Positions 58,638 through 64,000 of a stretch of DNA of 64,000 nucleotides are shown in pieces; positions within the stretch are counted from its first letter, which is position 1, and the number at the start of each line of letters is the position of its first letter. The position numbers and the translations under genes are program-made. Below the pieces are notes generated by a model. It saw only the letters and a program-made list of their open reading frames with translations. It did no database searches and had not been told where the DNA came from. The DNA is from Candidatus Thiovulum imperiosus (GTDB taxonomy: Bacteria; Campylobacterota; Campylobacteria; Campylobacterales; Thiovulaceae): positions 15,341 through 79,340 of the forward strand of contig JAMJTW010000008.1 in NCBI GenBank assembly GCA_024281175.1, in the 5' to 3' direction.

Positions 58638-60215
58638 ATGAACAAATATTTAGCTAGTTTATCACTTGCAACAGCAATACTGCTTACAGGTTGTAATGGT
58701 AGTGATAGTGATGATGATGGAAATATCACAGCTATCCTTGAAGATACTTTAGCAGAGACAATAGCAGACATGCTTATTTCAGAACTCTCTGCCGAAGAAG
58801 AAGAGTCTCTACTTTTTGTTAGAGAAGAGGAGAAATTAGCGAGAGATGTCTATTTAGCTTTAGATGATAAATGGGGAACTCAAACAGAAGTTTTTAGCAC
58901 TATTGCAGAGTCAGAAAATATCCATACAGATGCTGTCAAAATTCTGATAGAGAAGTACAGCTTAGAAGACCCTGTTTCTGAAAATAGTGAGAAAGGCGTT
59001 TTTCAAAATGATACTTTACAAAATCTCTATACAAATTTGGTAGAGCAAGGTTCAAACTCTTTGGAAGATGCTTTAATTGTTGGAGCTACAATTGAAGATT
59101 TAGATATTTCCGACCTTGAGAAAGATATGGAAATTATCGACAATGAAGATATTCTCCTTGTCTACTCAAATCTAGTAGATGGTTCTGAAAGTCATATGAG
59201 AGCATTTCTTCAAGGATTAGACTCCTATGACCCACAATATATTTCCGTAGAGCGATATGAAGAAATTATGAGTGAAGAAGCTGGAAATACAGGCGGAAAC
59301 ACAGAAGCTGGAAATACAGAAACTGAAGCAGTTTCGAATTCCAATACAGGCGGAAACATAGAAGCTGGAAACACAGAAGCTGGAAATACGGAAGCCGAAG
59401 CAGTTTCGAATTCCAATACAGGCGGAAACATAGAAGCTGGAAACACAGAAGCTGGAAATACGGAAGCCGAAGCAGTTTCGAATTCCAATACAGGCGGAAA
59501 CATAGAAGCTGGAAACACGGAAGCTGGAAATACAGAAGCCGAAGCAGTTTCGAATTCCAATATAGGCGGAAACATAGCAGTTCAAGACCAGAACCATACA
59601 TTTGTAGATGAGAATGGAACTGTAAGAGTAGATGGTGCGAGTATGATTGCTGACATTCCACTTTCAGAACTTTCAGCTGAAGAGACAGCATCACTTCTTT
59701 TTATTCGAGAAGAGGAGAAGTTAGCTAGAGATGTATATTACGCTTTAGATGAGATTTGGGGTGATGAGGTTGCACAATTTAGAAATATTGTGAAAGCTGA
59801 ACAGTCTCATACAGACTCTGTAAAAGCTCTAATAGAGAGATATGGTTTAGAAGACCCAGTTTCAGAAGATGAAGATGCTAATTTAGGTATTTTCCAAAAT
59901 GAAGAGTTACAAAATATCTATACAGATTTGGTAGAGCAAGGTTCGAAATCTATACAAGATGCTTTAACTGTTGGAGCAACAATTGAGGATTTAGACATCT
60001 ACGATATTGAGAGAGAGATGGAAGCTATTGACAATGAAGATATTCTTCTTGTATATGAGAATTTAGTTTTTGGTTCTGAAAATCACCTTAGAGCTTTCTT
60101 AAAAAGTTTAGACTCTTACGCACCACAATACATTTCAGAAGAGAGATATGCAGAGATTGTAAGTGAAGAAGAGACTGTAGGTGGAAATGGCGTTCAAGCT
60201 AGAAATGGACAATAG
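58638..60215 (+). CDS. Lipoprotein with two DUF2202 ferritin-like modules joined by a repetitive linker
   Basis: Lipobox LLTGC. Each half contains SAEE.ESLLF(V/I)REEEKLARDVY, E..H(T)D(A/S)V and GSE(S/N)H(M/L)RAF. Confidence 0.75.
   Translation: MNKYLASLSLATAILLTGCNGSDSDDDGNITAILEDTLAETIADMLISELSAEEEESLLFVREEEKLARDVYLALDDKWGTQTEVFSTIAESENIHTDAVKILIEKYSLEDPVSENSEKGVFQNDTLQNLYTNLVEQGSNSLEDALIVGATIEDLDISDLEKDMEIIDNEDILLVYSNLVDGSESHMRAFLQGLDSYDPQYISVERYEEIMSEEAGNTGGNTEAGNTETEAVSNSNTGGNIEAGNTEAGNTEAEAVSNSNTGGNIEAGNTEAGNTEAEAVSNSNTGGNIEAGNTEAGNTEAEAVSNSNIGGNIAVQDQNHTFVDENGTVRVDGASMIADIPLSELSAEETASLLFIREEEKLARDVYYALDEIWGDEVAQFRNIVKAEQSHTDSVKALIERYGLEDPVSEDEDANLGIFQNEELQNIYTDLVEQGSKSIQDALTVGATIEDLDIYDIEREMEAIDNEDILLVYENLVFGSENHLRAFLKSLDSYAPQYISEERYAEIVSEEETVGGNGVQARNGQ
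59279..59578 (+). repeat. 72-bp in-frame tandem repeat (about 4 units) with nested 15-bp GNTEA sub-repeat
   Basis: Units 59331-59402 and 59403-59474 are identical (72/72). Unit 59475-59546 differs at 2 positions. Partial units on both flanks. Confidence 0.95.
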
Positions 60216-60857
60216 ATGAGATACTATCTACTTTTTACAGCTCTACTTTTTACAAACTGTAATGGTGGAAATGGTGGTAGGGGAGGAAACTATCACCAAG
60301 TTTCAATAGCAAATATTCCAGCTTCAGAACTTTCACAAAAAGAGGAGGAGTCTCTGCTTTATGTGAGAGAAGAGGAGAAATTAGCTAGAGATGTTTATAT
60401 CACTTTAGATGAGAAGTGGGGAAATTCAGCTCCACAATTTGGAAATATTGTGAAGTCGGAACAGAGGCATATGGACGCTGTAAAATCTTTAATAGAGAGA
60501 TACAGTTTAGAAGACCCAATTGGTGAAGATATTCATGGAGTTTTCCAAAATGAAGAGTTGCAAAATCTCTATACAGATTTAGTAGAGCAAGGTTCGAAAT
60601 CTTTACAAGATGCTCTTACTGTTGGAGCTATAATTGAGGATTTAGATATTTACGATATTGAGAAAGAGATGACAGAAGTTGATAATGAAGATATTCTATA
60701 TATCTACTCAAATCTTGTAAATGGTTCTGAAAATCATATGAGAGCTTTTGTCGGTGGCTTAGGCTCATATTCTCCAAAATATATTTCCATAGAGAGATAC
60801 GATGAGGTTCTTAGCGGTAGCAATAAAAATGGCAACGGCAATGGAAAGTGGAGATGA
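60216..60857 (+). CDS. Lipoprotein with a single DUF2202 ferritin-like module
   Basis: Lipobox LFTNC; same motif set as the upstream gene; long near-identical DNA stretches with 59880-60030. Confidence 0.75.
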   Translation: MRYYLLFTALLFTNCNGGNGGRGGNYHQVSIANIPASELSQKEEESLLYVREEEKLARDVYITLDEKWGNSAPQFGNIVKSEQRHMDAVKSLIERYSLEDPIGEDIHGVFQNEELQNLYTDLVEQGSKSLQDALTVGAIIEDLDIYDIEKEMTEVDNEDILYIYSNLVNGSENHMRAFVGGLGSYSPKYISIERYDEVLSGSNKNGNGNGKWR

Positions 60858-60872
60858 TATCTCCACTCTTTT

Positions 60873-63068
60873 TTACAAATCTCTCTCAACTATCTTTTTG
60901 AAAGTGTTGAAATAGATATCTTGAAGTTGGGAAACTGGTAGGGAGATATCATCTAATTTGAAATCACTACCTCCAACTTTTCCAATCTTCTCATAAACTA
61001 CACCTATTTTGTGAGCTAAAACTAAAAACTCATTCTCTTTTTCAGGCTTCACTTCTAAAATTGCTCGAGAGAAAGTTTCAGAGAAAAGCAGTAAATCTAA
61101 CTCTGGCTTTGCTTCAATTCCAAACCCACTTTTTGCCGAAAGTTTTCCAAGTGCAACGGCAACTCCACCAACATTTACATCTTTTGCAGAAGCTAAGAGT
61201 CCTTTGGAATTCGCTTCTATTACTAATTCCCAAAGAGCCAACTCTTTCTTGTAATCTATTTCAGGAAGAGTTCCTTTCACCTCATCGTGTATCTCTTTTA
61301 AATAAAGGCTTCCTCCAAATTCACTTTCTGTCTTTCCAATTAGGAAAATCAGATTTCCTTCCTCTTGCCAAACTGATGGTAGAACTTTTTCTTGTGACTC
61401 ATTTACTCCAACCATTGCAATTGATGGAGTTGGAAAAACAGAATTTCCGTCAGTTTCGTTGTAGAGTGAAACATTTCCACTAACTACTGGAGTTGAAAGT
61501 TCGGCACATGCCTCCTTAATTCCATAAGTACTTTCAGCAAATTGCCACATAACTTCGGGATTTTCAGGGTTTCCAAAATTCAGACAGTCTGTAATAGCTT
61601 TTGGTCTAGCTCCAGACATTGCCACATTTCTACCACTCTCCATAACCGCAGCAGCAGAACCACCTTTCGGGTCGATATAGCAGTATCTCGGATTACAATC
61701 CGAACTCATCGCAAGAGCTTTTCCATTCTCTTTAACTCGAATTACAGAAGCGTCTAAATCTCCACCCTGTTTTACTGTATTTGTCTGAACCATTGAGTCA
61801 TACTGCTCATAAATCCAAGACTTTTCAACAACTTCTACGGAAGAGAATAGTTTTAGAAATGCTTCCATATTTGGAATGCTTCCTACTTCCGAAGTTTTAG
61901 AAATCTCTTCCAGATACTTTGGCTTAGAAATTGGTCTATCTACAAGAGGACACTCACTCGAAATTGGAGCTACTGGAATGTCGGCAACTACCTCATCACC
62001 CCAATAGAGTTCCATTCTTCCAGAGTCTGTAACCTCTCCAACAACAACCGCTTCAACTTCCCATTTGTGGAAAATTTCGATAAGTTTCTCTTCTGTTCCA
62101 GCCTTAGCACAAATCAACATTCTCTCTTGAGACTCAGAAAGCATGAATTCGTAAGGTTGCATATTCTCTTCTCTAGCAGGAACTTTGGCTAAATCCATTT
62201 TCATACCACTTCCTGACCTATCCGCCATCTCAAAGCTCGATGAGGTAAGTCCAGCAGCTCCCATATCTTGAATACCTACAATGTAGTCAGTCTGGAACGC
62301 CTCAAGACAGGCCTCTAAAAGCAATTTTTCTGTAAATGGGTCTCCAACTTGAACTGTTGGTCGAAGTGCTTTTGTCTCTTCAGAGAAACCATCAGAACTC
62401 ATAACAGCTCCACCAAGTCCATCTCGTCCAGTTTTTGAACCAACATAAATTACTGGATTTCCAACTCCTTCAGCTCTACCATAGAAGATTTCATCAGATT
62501 TTGCAAGACCTAAGTTAAAAGCGTTGACTAAGATATTTCCGTTGTAACAAGAGTCGAAAGAGGTTTCACCTCCAACTGTTGGAACTCCCATCGAGTTTCC
62601 ATAACCAGAAATTCCCTCAACTACACCTTTTACAAGGTATCTCTGATACTTTCCAATTTTGTCATCTCTTTTAACATCTCCAAATCGAAGAGAGTTTAGA
62701 GATGCCACTGGTCTAGCTCCCATTGTGAAAACATCTCTCATAATTCCACCAACTCCAGTCGCAGCACCTTGATAAGGCTCTATGTAACTTGGGTGGTTGT
62801 GAGACTCCATTTTGAAAACTGCCGCCATTCCATCACCAATATCAATTACTCCAGCATTTTCACCTGGACCTTGAATTACCCATTCAGCTTCTGTTGGGAA
62901 ACCAGAAAGATATTTTCTCGAAGATTTGTAGGAGCAGTGTTCACTCCACATTGCAGAGAAGATACCAATCTCTAAGTAGTTTGGTTCTCTACCAAGAATA
63001 CGAACTATCTCTGTGTAGTCACTACTTGTAAGTTTGTGCTTTTTTAAGATTTTCTCTAAATTTTCCAA
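60873..63068 (-). CDS. purL: Phosphoribosylformylglycinamidine synthase subunit PurL
   Basis: 731 aa; [32 protein letters not shown] and duplicated AIR-synthase-like domains. Confidence 0.95.
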   Translation of the reverse strand: MENLEKILKKHKLTSSDYTEIVRILGREPNYLEIGIFSAMWSEHCSYKSSRKYLSGFPTEAEWVIQGPGENAGVIDIGDGMAAVFKMESHNHPSYIEPYQGAATGVGGIMRDVFTMGARPVASLNSLRFGDVKRDDKIGKYQRYLVKGVVEGISGYGNSMGVPTVGGETSFDSCYNGNILVNAFNLGLAKSDEIFYGRAEGVGNPVIYVGSKTGRDGLGGAVMSSDGFSEETKALRPTVQVGDPFTEKLLLEACLEAFQTDYIVGIQDMGAAGLTSSSFEMADRSGSGMKMDLAKVPAREENMQPYEFMLSESQERMLICAKAGTEEKLIEIFHKWEVEAVVVGEVTDSGRMELYWGDEVVADIPVAPISSECPLVDRPISKPKYLEEISKTSEVGSIPNMEAFLKLFSSVEVVEKSWIYEQYDSMVQTNTVKQGGDLDASVIRVKENGKALAMSSDCNPRYCYIDPKGGSAAAVMESGRNVAMSGARPKAITDCLNFGNPENPEVMWQFAESTYGIKEACAELSTPVVSGNVSLYNETDGNSVFPTPSIAMVGVNESQEKVLPSVWQEEGNLIFLIGKTESEFGGSLYLKEIHDEVKGTLPEIDYKKELALWELVIEANSKGLLASAKDVNVGGVAVALGKLSAKSGFGIEAKPELDLLLFSETFSRAILEVKPEKENEFLVLAHKIGVVYEKIGKVGGSDFKLDDISLPVSQLQDIYFNTFKKIVERDL

Positions 63069-63119
63069 ATATTCTCTTTTATTCTAATTTTACCGAATAG
63101 AACTTGTTAAAATAGTAGA

Positions 63120-64000
63120 ATGAGTGATAAACCATTTTTAGAGCAGTTAGAGAGTTTGATAAACCAAACTTATATAGTTGAAAAAGAGTATAGAAGTTTA
63201 ACTTTAGCTTATCAAGAGTTACAAAAAAGTGTAGAAGAGATAATAGAAACTTTACCAAATCCTCTTTGGGTTCTTGGAGAAGATGGAGAGATATTTCTTC
63301 AGAATTCTAAAGCTGAAGAGATAGAAGATATTTTTAAGAAAATAGATTTAGAGAAGGAAGATAGTGAAGTTGAGTATAGAGACTCATTTTACCTTGTAAA
63401 AGTTGCAAAATTTAGAGATAAGATAGTTGTTGTTGCTACCGATAGTACGGAACAGAAGAGAAGAGAGAGACTAATAATTATGGGACAGATGGCAGCTCAT
63501 CTATCTCATGAGATACGAAATCCAACTGCATCAATTTCGATACTTACCTCATCACTTATAAAAAGAGTCTCTATAAAAGATAGAGAGTTGGTAGAAGAGA
63601 TACAGAAATCTGTATTTAGAATTGAGAGAATAGTTCAAGCTACTCTACTCTACTCAAAAGGTGTAGTTATTAAAAAGAGAGATATAAAACTTTCTCAAAT
63701 TGAAGCTGAAATTCGAAATGCGATAAACTTTTATAGCTTCTCAAAAGAGATAGATTTCATCTTCAAATTTCCAGATAAAACCATCTCTGGTGATTTAGCA
63801 ATGCTCACAATTCTCTTTACAAACTTTGTCTTTAACGCTATTGATGCTATTGAAGCTGATGAGGTTGATAGTGGAACTGTACATATACTTTACTCTCAAA
63901 ATAGTAAAAATCATAAATTTGAAATCTACGATTCTGGAATTCCTTTTGAAAAAGTAGATACGATTTTTGAACCTTTTAAAACTACAAAAAAAAGAGGAAA
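63120..64000 (+). CDS. Sensor histidine kinase (NtrB/FlgS-like), 3' end outside window
   Basis: Not in the ORF track. Translated by hand from ATG 63120 with no stop to the window edge. H-box MAAHLSHEIRNPTASI, N-box FTNFVFNAIDAI, YDSGIPF...FEPFKTTKKRG. Confidence 0.75.
   Translation, partial: MSDKPFLEQLESLINQTYIVEKEYRSLTLAYQELQKSVEEIIETLPNPLWVLGEDGEIFLQNSKAEEIEDIFKKIDLEKEDSEVEYRDSFYLVKVAKFRDKIVVVATDSTEQKRRERLIIMGQMAAHLSHEIRNPTASISILTSSLIKRVSIKDRELVEEIQKSVFRIERIVQATLLYSKGVVIKKRDIKLSQIEAEIRNAINFYSFSKEIDFIFKFPDKTISGDLAMLTILFTNFVFNAIDAIEADEVDSGTVHILYSQNSKNHKFEIYDSGIPFEKVDTIFEPFKTTKKRG

Noticed and set aside
59279-59578. Possible CRISPR array, because of regularly spaced identical segments
   Set aside because: The units are contiguous with no unique spacers, in frame within a coding gene, and no cas genes or leader are present.
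59217-59694. Three overlapping minus-strand ORFs (116-142 aa) with internally repetitive sequence
   Set aside because: They are reverse-frame readings of the 72-bp tandem repeat inside the DUF2202 lipoprotein gene. The repeat periodicity keeps all frames open.

Overview
AT-rich chromosomal segment. Gene content and order point to a free-living Campylobacterota (epsilonproteobacterium): nuoG-N, flaG-fliD-fliS, prepilin-like AFSMIEL proteins, a carboxynorspermidine polyamine route and a FixI/CcoI-type ATPase. All product calls come from reading the ORF translations for family motifs; no searches were run.

The window is densely coding, about 65 genes with many 1-4 nt overlaps, and mostly housekeeping:
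- NADH dehydrogenase nuoG(partial)-H-I-J-K-L-M-N
- carboxynorspermidine dehydrogenase
- a five-tRNA operon (Pro-His-Arg-Arg-Leu) running straight into speA
- alr, tsf, truA
- flaG-fliD-fliS
- zapB/zapA-like genes, maf, mogA, queD, yggT
- ycjX-dnaX-kdsB
- a Cu P-type ATPase, folB, gyrB, an aminotransferase, an HD-GYP protein, holB, purL
- several sensor kinases

I found no rRNA, CRISPR array, transposase, integrase or phage genes.

I did not find an unambiguous new multi-gene system. The candidates I would follow up are:
1. A complete orphan C5 cytosine methyltransferase bracketed by 56-nt direct repeats. These belong to a mosaic REP/BIME-like intergenic repeat family seen at five sites in the window.
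2. A DHH phosphoesterase / FIST-PP2C operon convergent with a cytoplasmic kinase.
3. Tandem pseudopilin paralogs with no assembly genes nearby.
4. A membrane PP2C-like protein next to a secreted subtilase-like protein that lacks a recognisable Asp motif.
5. A run of three lipoproteins with an expanded DUF2202 ferritin-like module and perfect 72-bp tandem repeats.
6. An MCP-like NIT sensor lacking the signalling tip, upstream of flaG.
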